A stretch of 63,437 nucleotides of DNA, counting the filler, from Phoronis australis (Eukaryota; Animalia; Phoronida): NCBI GenBank assembly GCA_002633005.1. It is 6 parts of 6 records of this genome, joined end to end, with 100 filler letters (N's around TTAATTAATTAA, not from the genome) between each part and the next. Parts side by side here need not be neighbours in the genome. Positions count along the whole stretch, not along the records: positions 3,277 to 29,871 come from NMRA01000703.1; 5 more parts are not named here. The stretch is one strand, 5' to 3'. Shown piece by piece: positions 12,081-24,413 of the stretch. The notes under the pieces were generated by a model. That model had not been told where the DNA came from and did not search any database. It saw only the letters and a program-made list of their open reading frames with translations. The position numbers and the translations under genes were made by a program. Each line of letters opens with the position of its first letter. The first letter of the stretch is position 1.

Positions 12081-13141
12081 AAGTTTAAGTACTTAAATTC
12101 ATTGGTCATCAAATTGGAAAGGTTTTCTTTGCACTCCCTTGATGTTTTGTTTCCAGTAGTATTGCGCAAAAAAATTTTGTTCTTCAAAACTGAATCGTTT
12201 GCTTGCATTTCCCGTGCATACTACACACACGATATGCGCGCACCCAGCCTAAAATATAGGGGGGAGTCTAAAACGGCCACAAAAGCACTCATACCAGGCA
12301 CCTCGGGACCTCACCTTTCCAGAAAATTACTTCAAAGAATAGCCATAGGCCTAATAAAATGAACTTTTCACCGAAACTGGATCATAATAAAACAAACCTT
12401 GACCTTCGACCCAGAGCAGAAGAATAGGTACAAATCCACTGCTGGAACCCACATATAGTTACTTCCGGCAGCTCCCAGCTACCAGTCAGTGCGCTGGACC
12501 TAGATCCATTCTTACTCTCCGTGAAACTTTGTTGGTTCACGGTTACTCAAATCCTGACGGCTGCATCCCCGGTATTACCTCCACCTATGGCGGACGTGAC
12601 AGGGTTCGTTACAAATTTGGTGACATACAGAGAACGCGGGGGTGAGTGGGGGCAGCGGGCGGCATTAGCAAGGGGGTAGGTTAGCGAAGTAAAATTGGTT
12701 TTTGTCTCCCCCCCCCAATATTTTTTCCATTCCTACGGGCCTGAAGGAAGGTCATTTTATAACCCAACTATGTTTTTAAACTGTTGCGAAGGTCGCACAA
12801 TCCACATTTCGTCATTTTTTAACAACCACCGCTTACAAAAACTGCAAACAAAGCCAGCACTTTTCAGTAGGAGGGAATTTTGACTGGCCTAGCTATTCCA
12901 TCAAAATGGTGGCCAGGTTGTGACATTGAAGCTTGGGATCGAATTCACGGCTTTCGTTCCATAGACGAAAATTTCTTGCCACAAGTTCTTTGCGACTTTC
13001 TTGTGTCTGCGGAACGCAAGTCCGTTTGGGTGTGTTTTAAAATTGATGCCCCCACTGGTCACCAATCGAATGAGCCACTGCCTATTCTCACAGTACCATG
13101 ACGATCCGCGCTGTTTATTTAGACCACTTACCCTTCTCAAC

Positions 13142-13512
13142 TTGTTCGTTATTCGGATGGCCAGTCGTTCCTGGTTCGTTATTCAGATGGCCGGTCGTTT
13201 CTGGTTCGTTATTCGGATGGCCAGTCGTTTCTGATTCGTTATTCAGATGGCCAGCCATTTGTGGTTCGTTATTCAGATGGTCAGTCATTTCTGGTTCGTT
13301 ATTTGGATGGCCAGTCGTTTCTGGTTCGTTATTCGAATGGCCAGTCATTTCTGGTTCGTTATTCGGATAGCCAGTCATTTCAGGTTCGTTATTCAGGTGG
13401 CCATTCACTTCTTTTTCGCTATTCAGATGGCCAGTCATTTCTGGTTCGTTATTCGGATGGCCAGTCATTTCTGGTTCGTTATTCGGATGGCCAGTCATTT
13501 CAGGTTCGTTAT
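13142..13512. repeat. 30-bp minisatellite, about 12 copies; may be a coding exon on the minus strand
   Basis: Unit ctggttcgttattcggatggccagtcattt. The minus frame reads (NNEPEMTGHP)n. Confidence 0.95.
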
Positions 13513-13580
13513 CCTCAGTTTGAACAGATTCGTTTGTTTCCTTTGGAAAGAAAGTGTTATGCGTGTTAGATCATTATGGC

Positions 13581-13692
13581 GATGATGATGATGATGATGA
13601 TGATTGATGATGACGATTACGATGACCATGATGATATTGAAGATGATGACAATGATGATGATAACGATGATGGTGATGATGACGACGACGTC

Positions 13693-13726
<34 letters not shown>

Positions 13727-13787
13727 GTGAAGATGATGATGATGATGATGAAGATAATGATGATGATGAAGATGATGATGATGATGT
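13581..13787. repeat. (GAT)n microsatellite
   Basis: Imperfect GAT run of about 200 bp. Confidence 0.95.
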
Positions 13788-15720
13788 TGCCTGTTTAGAA
13801 ATATTGTAGACAACATGATAGTGCATTTCATTTGTCACGTAGGATCAGTATCGTCCCCAGCAACAGGAACGCAGGTTATATCTAATTTAGTACTAATGTG
13901 AAATTGCTGCCAGACCTGATTATTTTCAATTTTTTGCTTCAACATGAAATTTAGTTTGTCTGTCGCACTCAACCTGCGGATCATCATTCAATCATATACA
14001 CTGGCTAAATACTAAAGTGTAAGTCGAATGAAAAGTCATGATGCATAAAGATTTTTTACCTGATTACCCTCACCATGTTGCGGAAGAAACAGAGTTTGCA
14101 AAACAGGGGAAAAGCAAATATTAGATCAATTAGTCGTTGGAACTACAACTATCCGGGTGCTGGAACTCAGCGGTGCCTTATAGCTTAGCTCACAGCTCAC
14201 ATCATGGCGTGAACATTTGAATGAACTAGCGGCTAGTTCATCAAGTTTTTGTCGTACTTTCACGCCTTGACGTAACCTGTCAGCTCAGCTAGCATGTGAC
14301 AGCCGCTCAGCATGTAGCTCCCCGACTATGTCTGCTCTTATCGAGGATGACAATGATTTCTACAGTGTTCCGGCTTGTATAACACTTTATATCGCAATTA
14401 TCGCAATGCTGAAATTAACGAGAAAGTGGAAGCATTTTTGCTACACAATCGCTGGCATTGGTGATAGTAATGGTTACGACAGTCGTCATAACAAGCAAAT
14501 ATATAATTATTAATTATTACAACATGCGTGTGGGATTCTAATACATTGTCTAAGAAAGTGGCCTATTATTTACCTTCGTTTGACGTACTTGTTAAAGCTT
14601 TAGAACTTTTAAAGGGATATCGAACCCCATTATGGCCTATTAACAAATATTAAAACGACTTATCTGTCCAATTCTCTGAAACAAAATAGTGCACTGTAAC
14701 TCGCCGACAAACCAAAAAATTTTGGAGGATATTTTGAAGACTTTTTTCAAAGTTTGCTAAACAGGCACGCGCGACCTACGCTTTAAGCGAATTACACGGC
14801 AACTATCCGCCAACAACCATAATACTTAATCTCTGACATAGGGGTCATGAGTTTTTAGTTGTTTCTTGCTCATATCGATCAAGATTGACAGAGCGAAGAT
14901 TGACTGAAATAATCAAAAACAGGGTTAGCATCCTTTAAAGGGACCGCGTCGCAAGAAATCCTTCAGGCTTATTTTCCACCATATCGTGTTTCTGACAGAC
15001 ATTGGAGACCACATTTTGGTATGAATAATTTTAGGACATTGGAATGTAGAATATGCCTCTCTTTCACTCAGAGCTCCCTTAAAAGACTTTGTGGGAACGG
15101 GATGAAGAATCGCCGAGAGAATCAACTCTGGTCACCCGTAGGATGCAATCTAGCATGTCAATCTAGCATGTCGAGGCGATCAGTTATGAAGATTCTTCAT
15201 GTGCAAGCAGTTTCCGTAGAAAGGACAAATTTTGCAGTTTGCAGAGTTGGCTGATTGCAATAGAGCGGGAGTAGTACTTTGTTAAGATACCAGTCACAGG
15301 ATTAAAAACACCCTGGCTTGTTGGAGTTGAAAAAGAAATTGTTTGCAGCAACAATCCCTAAAGGAGAGAGTTCTGGGGAAACGGGTCGACTCCGGCGACC
15401 TCTTGGTATTTGTGCTACACTCTCACTCTCCTGGAATTTGTTTACCAAAGCTTCATTTAGCCTTCTACCAGCAGTATTGTTACTTCCCTTATCTGCCTTC
15501 TCTCTCGTCCAAAAGGAACAGTTTTGTGGAAAAGGTGACCTCAGCGTTTTAACCCTGTGGTGCTTAGAGTATTGTTCAGTTGTTTGATTCAAAAGAATCT
15601 CCTGAAAGACCTGCCACTGGAGACCACTTGAAAATATGCCTAGAAAATTTTGTTAAAAACAAATTTGGGATATCTAAATATACCACTTGTTGGATCACCT
15701 TATGTACATTGTTATGTTAA

Positions 15721-17354
15721 AGGAGAATGCCACCCAATTTAATTAGTCTTTTTTGCCGTCTTAATCGGTCTATATCCACATCGCCTCGCGTACGGTCGAC
15801 CTTACCTTGCCAAGAGGTGTCGCGTTAACCTGTGAGGAAGGTGAGAAACGACGCTAGCGACGTCAGTGAATGCCGCTATGTTGCGGTGCATCGTTCCCGC
15901 TTGTCCGAACTAAGCAGCTGCGAGGAAAGCGGGTATAACGTTTTTTTTTACTTCCTCGAGAGTCCCAAATGCTTAGGAAGTGGCTCATGGTAGTGAGGAA
16001 TGAAATGTACGCTGTAAATAGCAAGTATGAAGCCGTGAAACATCTCCGTGGCTGTGGCCTGCAGACGTCGACAGTGCCTGACGAATGCCGGCTTACCAAA
16101 TAACTCCATACGTTCCGTTGTCTGAGCTTGTTCACGGCGCCTCTCTAGTATTTCTTCATCACTGTATTAATGTCCGAATTGATAGCCTGTAAAACTTAAC
16201 GATCCACCTGCGAAGTCGGGACTGATGAGCTCTAGCTCGTCCTAAGTCGGGATTGCGATTTGCCATGTTGGCGTTTATTATTGAGCGTTCTGTTTCAAAA
16301 TGAATTATTCTCACCCTAACCAACACTTATATAAAACTGAAACAAAGTCTGTCTCATTAGATGTAATTTGTAATGCCTTTGGAGTGTTCGTGAATGCAAA
16401 TGATTTGAGAACTGAAGCCAGCAATGAATAAATCACTGCGTTACCGGATTTAGGTGCAATGAAACTAATTGACGGGACACCTAGTCCGTGTGAGCTCATG
16501 CTAATTTAGTGTTTGCTGGCAGAAGCTGTTGTGAAACAACTCAATTTCCATCCCACGGCCAGGTGTTAGGGGAATCTTTATTTACTTTTACGTTACTCAA
16601 ATAATGATTGTCAATGTACAACTTCTGCCCCGGGTAGCCAAAGCGGAACCTGAATTCGCGACCCCCGACGAGTAAGTAGATTTGCAGTTTCGTGGCTAAT
16701 TCACCAACATAATCAGGTGCACATTACTTTGGCTCACTAGTATAGTATTTTCTTGACTGGAAGTTTAGTTTCCACTGAACTTTGGCTGGTTTATGTTCGT
16801 GATGTCTGATCAGTTTCCGAGCCACTGGCGGGGATAACGAGTCAATCCGACCGGCCTCGACGGGCCTGATCGTGCTCCTAGCCACTGACCAGGCTAACAA
16901 GCGTTTTGTGTTTAGAACTCAAAAAGGTCTAAACAACGCAGATCTAGGTTATCCTGTCTGTATCTCACGGAAAATACTTCGAAATTATCTAGTCCGATCT
17001 CAAACTCCTGCTACGGACCTTATTGGCCTGCCGAACTTTGTTGGCTACGGTGTGTCCAAATACCAATAAATCCGTAAGAGCGAAATAAAACAACACGTTT
17101 TTTTAAGAATTCGGTGTGTTTTTAAGGGTTTTACATCGAAGTTTGATGATTTATTGGTGCTAAACGATGACTTCAAGCGATAAGCTGACACCAGTAACTC
17201 GTGTTGTGAACTGCTGAACAGACTGCGTATGAAACCGATGACATCATTGGATAATTTCAACACCTCCGTCTGCCGTCAGGTGTAAGGTAACGCAACCGTA
17301 CGTGTCGTTTTGGAGTAGAACTACTAGATCTAAATTGATACATGGCATGCTCCT
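15721..17354. mobile_element. Kolobok-like non-autonomous DNA transposon
   Basis: TTAA at 15717-15720 and 17355-17358. Termini AGGAGAATGCCA...TGGCATGCTCCT (AG..CT), with weaker inner TIR similarity (cgtacggt..ttacctt). Degenerate KolX-like GYQF..YSDEEI on the minus strand at about 16140-16190. Confidence 0.6.
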
Positions 17355-17794
17355 TTAAAGATTTGGGCCGCTTTGGAATTTAGGTGAATTGTTACTCCAC
17401 GATTGCTGTGTAGACCTTCAGAACCATTTTCAGTGCAGATATCTGTAACTAATAATGAACAACTTTCCAGATTGCTTGGCTCGGCTTCTAATCTGAGGCA
17501 ATATGTTGAGGCTACTCTTTTCCGCAGATCACGAAGCGAAGTCCTGACTGCAAGCAGCAGACCACCACCGTGACAACAGAGAGAAATCTGGTGCCGGGAT
17601 CTAATCTTACTTCTCGAAATGGAACATGAAACTATTTTTGGCATTTTCCGTTATACTTTTGTGTTAACAAGATACGGGTCCATTAGTCTGTGCCCGAGGG
17701 TGCATTATGGGTTATAAATACTCGTTTCCAGTTCAATTTTGCGTCTGGTGACCTCTGGATTCGAGCTACAAACGTCACGTGCGTAAAAACTCGA

Positions 17795-17990
17795 AATTTC
17801 GAGTTCGGACTTGAACTTTAAGCCTTAATTCTGGGCTCAGCAAGTGCAAACTAGGATTCGACAGTTGAACACGTAAGCCATTGTGTACTCGAGCATCGAA
17901 TAATAGACACCTATTTTGAGTACGCAAAATGCAGAATAGAAATGCCGAAATAATTTCGATTTAGAGTAAAATGATTAGACCCGGGCCCTA
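17795..17990 (+). repeat. Dispersed repeat, second copy at about 59808-60020
   Basis: Both copies share tttcgagttc...agccttaat...gcaaactagga...cacgtaag.catt.tgtactcgagcat. Confidence 0.65.
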
Positions 17991-18446
17991 TGCAGCGGTC
18001 CGCAGACGCAAGACATTCGCGAGAAAAGCTTGTGTAACGCCGAATCTTACCTTAATGCATAGCAATTTCGTTTCCTTGCCCCCCCCCCTTTGGGTTACGT
18101 AACGAGTACCTACTTTACGTCACGAAAGCGTTGTACGTACAAGCTGCAAATGTCAACAGTGACGTGAATGTTCTAACCGATCCAGTGGACCTCAGTTGAG
18201 GAAAGGTGTCGACTGAATCAAATAAGCATACAAGACATTTTAAAAAGGAGAATCATTGAAGATCTAAGCCGCGGCCCATGACAGGCCCGGCTAGTGCCAG
18301 CCCTGCCTCACACGAAAACATCGTTAGATAAAAACATAACGTCAATAATTTAAAAGGTACCGATTCCTGTTTTAGCCATTTCCTGCAAAACTATCTTCGT
18401 GCTGTTAATTTGTAACTTGATATTGCGATAATTATGATAACAAAGA

Positions 18447-18608
18447 TTAGTTAATTAATTTTTCTTACAATGGTTAACGCGGCAAGGGTAGAATGTATTC
18501 ACCATGTGACACCTAAGACTATACATATTATTCCCACGTGACACATATTTGTAACTTGATTCTACCTTTGCCGCATAAACGACGGTAACAAAGCTTTAAT
18601 TAAACTAG
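18447..18608. mobile_element. Small MITE-like inverted repeat
   Basis: ttaattaa...gcggcaagggtagaat pairs with attctacctttgccgc...ttaattaa. Confidence 0.5.
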
Positions 18609-19697
18609 AAGTAATTTATGTTTGTTCATAAGCTAAAACGGGTTCAGTAGGACCCTACAAAAATGTCCAACTTTTGGAAGTCGGAACACGATATCTCAGA
18701 AGTTGTGGGTGTAATTATCAAACTTTCAGACATTGCGCTTTATGAACTGTTCTACAAAACGTTATTGGGAATTGTTTTTACAGTGTTCCACTTTGGCATG
18801 ACGGATTATTAAAAATACAAAGTTTAATCATATTCATGAAAAAATCAATTTGCATGAAACGAAAAAGAAATCATAATTTGGATAAGTGCAACAACTTCGT
18901 CTTCTGACGTCACCTAACGTCATTTTTTGGCATATTGTTTTGTCTTCATCTTCTGACGTTATTTTACGTAAATTAAAACTGTAAGCGATGCATCATGTAA
19001 GTTTAATTTTTACATGGTGCACTGCCAAGATCTCAACACTTGTAGCTGTAGCATCGTTTTTGAGATTTCATCTTGAATATTTATTTAACCAAATTTGGTA
19101 ATGTTGTTGATATCCTTGTTGTGCTATGAATGTACCTTTCTTTTTTCCTAACATTTACTACAATAACATCGACTAATGGCAGGATGGTACATGTATATAT
19201 TCAAAATCAAATTCTACAGGCATTCTACTCTCAGAAAATATGTACATTCACTGAGTTAAAATCAATAGTTATGAAGATATTTGACTGAATGAACAGACTT
19301 GTCGACAAGATCCTACATAAGCCTAAACATGACTAGGTATGCTTAGAATTAATAAACTGTAATCAGCGCAGGATGGTTTTCTTCACGGTAAATAAATTGT
19401 AAGCGCAACCTATCACGAACAATCACCACAACTTGGACTTCAGTACATTCATGGTAGATCCACTAACTTACACAGGTTACTAAGCGACTAAAAGTAGCCA
19501 ATTTTTGGTTGCGTTAATGGGAGTCACCGTTGCTACGCCCCGAAGCTCATGAGTTGAGCTACTGCCCCTCCCTAACACCCTCTTCTTACGGACCCATTCA
19601 ACGGTGGAAGACACACATTTTAGATTTTAGACTTTTACTTTCAAGGTGAAAATCTGAAACAAACTGCCAATTATACACCTTCGCGCCGCTTTCGAAC

Positions 19698-19938
19698 CGC
19701 ATATCATTGTGCGGCGTATATCATTGTGCGGCGTATATCATTGTGGGGCGTACATGTATATCATTGTGCGGCACATATCATTGTGCGGCGCATATCATTG
19801 TGGGGCGCATATCATTGTGCGGCGTATATCATTGTGCCGCGCATATAATTTTGCGGCGTATATCATTGTGGGGCGCATATCATTGTGGGGCGCATATCAT
19901 TGTGCGGCGTATATCATTGTGCCGCGAATATCATTGTG
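19698..19938. repeat. 17-bp minisatellite, about 14 copies
   Basis: Unit atatcattgtg(c/g)ggcg(t/c). Confidence 0.95.
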
Positions 19939-22310
19939 TTGCGCTAAGATATTCCGTGGGCTTATGTAGAGACCCAAGGGTTCTGTCCTGGTTTGGACAC
20001 AAATAAAACAATCCCGCTGTTATGCAATTTTTAGGATTTATGCGAACATTTTCTCGTCGCCCCCGTTTCCTTGATACATTTTCCATAAAATATATTAAGT
20101 TTTTGTTAAGGTCGCTGGGAGAATATTCACAATGATACACAAAACTGAGATAACTTCTTATTTACAGCGTGCAGAATTACCGAACGCAAAGTAGCATGGC
20201 ACAACGCAACACCCTGTCCACATTTCAAGAATGCACTGATACTAGGGGTAGATGAGTAGCGGAAACCCTAGCAGTTCCACGGGTGAAATAGATATTAAAA
20301 ATGCTTGGGCTTCTAGCCAAACTGACGGAAGAGCTGTCCGCAAAGTGGTCATTTTAACCAGCAGTTTTTTCACTACCAGAACGCCTTTAAGGGAAATTTG
20401 GTGTCAAAACAAGTTTATTCTAGGTCACAAATTAATTCACACGGCGACAAACAATCGCTTCTTATCCTGCGCATGCGTGTCCTTTGAAGTAAGCTACCAA
20501 GCTCTAGTGAAAACACTTCGGAAGTTGACTAATTTTTGTTACAAGGCAGCTCCTGGGTAAACTATTACAATCCAGGTCAACACAAAAATAATTGCAAACC
20601 ATTTTTAGCACCGACGTTTCCCGACGTGGCCCCTGTCAAACGTTAGAATTTGAATAAAGATGCAATCGGTAAATAAATCTTTGTCAACAATAGGAGAGAT
20701 TTGAGATCTAAGTGCTGTATAAAGTGGAAGACCACATGAGACTTTTTGACAAAAATGACATGCCGCGGTACGTCACAAGGAATTGCTATTACGATCTGTT
20801 CAAAAAGGTTAACGAGAAAAAAATATCGAGAAAAAAACTGAATAAGTGAATTGTGATTGATGAGCAAAAGTACAGCTCGTAAAAGAATTGCTTCGGTTTG
20901 TTGATGACTAAGAAAAGGATGCTGATAATGAGAATACCCGTGCGAACCATGAGGAAGGCAGAGTGGCAGCACTGCTGAAGTTAATCTGGATAGAAGTCAA
21001 TAGCTGTCGCGCGATGATAAAAAGATAGACAAAATTACGTGCTCTTATTGAAAATACACAACATCTCCCGGAATCTCACGAGATGCTTTTCTATTGCGCA
21101 ATTGAACTCTACCCCGGTATTAAGTAATTCTCACTTTGTAGACATACATGATGTTTCCGTGTTCTGTTTTGTGCTGCATAGTAGTCAGAATTATACTTAA
21201 GACTTTACTATGCGTTGCATGTTGAATAATGAAGTTGCATTATATGTAAGCAGCCTAGCATTCAGTTAAAAGAAATATATCATTATATGCAGATAATTGT
21301 GCTTTCTTTAATGTGCTTCCGACTTGCAGAGACAAGTAAACGAAACACAGTTTTCTGAGTGCGTGTAGTGTAATTTCACCAATGTCGGGGCACATGCTAC
21401 CAAAAAGTTTGTAGGGTCCATGATTTCCACTTTCTTGTGTAGGCACGGTACGAGTGTCACAAAGGTATAGGCACTGCACGAGCGTTACAAAAGCAGGCAC
21501 GGCACGAGCGTCACAAAATAAGTCAAAAAATGTTTAATCTCGACAACTAGACAGGATTGTTTAAGGACGATGATGAAGAAGAATGGATGATCGCATCCTG
21601 TTTGTATCAGAGACTATTACCCGGACTGTTTATACATTTTTGACATCAAGTAGTAGTTGATAGGATTCGTCTGCTTTCGAGAAGGTGACAATTAAAGCAC
21701 TTTTTTGAAGTGGGACAGCTTGTTCAGAAATAGGAAATGGGTCTGTACAAATAGTAACCGAGTGAAAATTTGTGAGAAAATTCCACCCATGATTAGTCTT
21801 TTCGTAACAAAAACTGATGGGATGTTTTTCTCTTCTTAATTTTTTGAGGCCTTCCTTTAAAGTAGCGGATTGAGTTTCTGCATTTAATGTAATCGTATAA
21901 GTGCGCCTTTAAGCCCTGTCGAGGAGCCGATTCCGAACAGACTCTTTCAAGGTTTCCTCATTTGCAAGTTATCAAGATGAAGTGTGTTAGTATTAATCAT
22001 TTTCAACCTGTTTTTAATCTAAAATTTAATTCTACCTCGGACACAAGAGGTTTTCCTTTCCGTTCGAAAATCTCATTCAAAATCCGAAAACATAGGCAAC
22101 CTGTGGTGCTATTATCACTACTTTGATTCCCGATATCTTTCGACTTTGAGAAGAGAGAGAAGGATTGTTATCGTCCAAGCTTTCGATGCACCCAGTATTT
22201 CCAACAACCTATAAAGGAATCTAATGCATTGCATCGCCGAGTTTCACTTTCATATGTCATGTCAGCCTGCGGTGAGTAATCACGCACTGACACTCGCAGA
22301 CTACCTAAAG

Positions 22311-24413
22311 ATGTCTTCGCCAGTTCTCGCCACTGTTTCGTATGCTATGTTATACATTTTATTTACGACTATTCTTGAATGCCAGGGCACGTCTGTGGTG
22401 CCAAAGCTCCCTTTAGCTCAGTACGTCAACGAAGGAGACATTACTTTAGGTGGGTTATTTCCGGTGTCTTCGAAGTCTAAAGACGAGCCATGTGGCAGTT
22501 CACTGCGAAGTCTTAGCGCTGTTCAAATCGTGGAGGCAATGGTGTACGCTGTTGAAGCTATCAACCGGAACGCTTCACTTTTGCCAGATGTATCACTGGG
22601 CTACGCCATCTTAGACGACTGTTCCAAACCGACAACTTCTTTAGCCCAGGCGACAAAGTTTATTCCCGTCAACAAGACATTCTCTTGTTTAAATGACACA
22701 GAATGGACGCAAGGGGAGTACAAAACTCATGTTGACGTTGTAGGAGTTGTTGGGTCTCTGATGAGTTCACTAAGCAAGCAGTCGGCCAGTCTGCTTGGGG
22801 TGTTCGAAATTCCCCAAATCAGTTATTCGTCGACAAGCGATGAACTCAGTGATAAGGGAACTTACCCTTACTTCTTACGAGTGGTGTCACCGGACAAGTT
22901 CCAAGTGAAAGGTATAGTTCATTTGATCAAGAACTTTGGTTGGTCCTACATTTCAGTGATATACAGCGACGGAACCTACGGTCAAATGGGAGTAAAACTG
23001 TTGCGACAACTGACGGCGGACGAGGGAATTTGCATTGCAGTAGACGAGGAGACGCCGTTTCCTTCGATGGATGCCGCTTACGACAAGATTGTGGCCAAGT
23101 TGGTGAATAACTCCAATGCCAGAGTTGTGGTTCTTTTCACTGGGCCACCTCAAGCGAATGCAATATTTACAGCAATCAAACGAGGCAATGCAACTGGGAT
23201 GTTTATATTTGTCGGAAGTGATGGATGGGGAGCGCGCCTAAGTAACCTTAAAGATCTAACGGAGGTGGCGGAGAGTGCTTTCACTTTCCAATTGAGGGAA
23301 ATTCCCTTGCCAGAATTTGAAACTCATTTCCAAACGCTGACACCAAGCGCACGGCGGCACAATCCCTGGTTCAGTGAGTACTGGGAAACGTATTTCGGCT
23401 GCAGTCTGCAAGGTGGCGCGAGTCAATGCAGCAAAAATTTCAAACTATCGTACGCAAATGGGTATTCCAATACGCCGCTAGTGGCAATGGTCGTCGACTC
23501 GGTTTACGCCTTTGCTCATGCCCTTCATCGTCTGATACTGGAAAACTGTCCGGAAAGACGTGGCACTCTAGTGCGTTCCTGCATTGATGGACCCCTTCTA
23601 CACAAATACATCAAGTCTACCTCGTTTAATGGGTTTCTAGGAAAAATTGCCTTCGATGAAAACGGTGATATGGAAGGACAGTATTTGGTACAGCAAATTC
23701 GAAATGTTGACGGAAAATTCGTTCAAAGGCAGTTTGGCATCTGGGACGCTCGTGTGCAAAACTTTGTAATTCTGAATAATCAGGACTTAACATGGCCGCA
23801 TAAAGTTCAGTTTGACGAAAACGGCATTCCAGAATCGGTCTGTAGTAAACCATGTGCGCCTGGACACTTTGTAATTCCTCAAGAAACATCTTGCTGCTGG
23901 TTGTGCAAGATGTGCAGAGACAACGAGATTCTTACCAAGGATCAACGAGGTTGTTTCGCGTGCCCCAAATTCTACTGGCCAGAGCAAACCAACTTCACAA
24001 CTTGTGAGACCATTCCTCCGGTATACCTGCAGATAACGGATCCATTAGGAATCATGTTATTCGTGCTCTCGCTCGTTGGATTCGCCGGTTCTGTGGCTGT
24101 CTTTGCCTTCTTTGTTCGCCACAATAACAGCAAACTGATAAAAGCATGTAGTAGGGAGTTGGCCTATATAATAATGGTCGGAGTAGCCATCGGCTATCTC
24201 CTGATTCTCCTAATGATTGCTGTGCCGTCGAAAACCGCGTGTTACCTCAGATATTTCGGTTACACCGTCAGCTTCACGTTGGTGTACGCGCCACTACTCA
24301 CCAGAACGAATCGCATCTTTCGAATTTTTGAGAGCAGTCGCCTCAACAAAAGTCCCAAACTGGTCAGCCCGAAAGCGCAAGTCATAATTGCCACCGTACT
24401 GATTTCTATTCAA
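22311..24413 (+). CDS. Metabotropic glutamate receptor-like class C GPCR, exon 1 (signal peptide, Venus flytrap, Cys-rich domain, TM1-TM4)
   Basis: Motifs GDITLGGLFPV, EAMVYAVEAIN, ILDDC, IPQISYSSTS, GSDGWG, NPWFSEYWE, PESVCSKPC...CCWLC, KACSREL, LLTRTNRIFRIF. The ATG at 22311 gives a signal peptide (upstream in-frame ATGs at 22224 and 22254). Donor CAA|GTGAGT, phase 0. Confidence 0.93.

Noticed and set aside
10360-12743. CAGGGCCGTAGGAA / TTCCTACGGGCCTG as paired hAT TIRs
   Set aside because: The flanking 8-mers (acagagga and aaggaagg) do not form a target duplication and the subterminal sequences differ; probably ends of separate MITEs.
13142-13512. Regular 30-bp repeats as a CRISPR array
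   Set aside because: The units are head-to-tail with no unique spacers, there are no cas genes and the context is eukaryotic. The same applies to the 17-, 19-, 20- and 49-bp arrays.
13576-13838. Poly-Asp, poly-His, poly-Met and poly-Ser ORFs (Aspein-like shell protein?)
   Set aside because: All are readings of one (GAT)n microsatellite; there is no signal peptide or convincing splice site.
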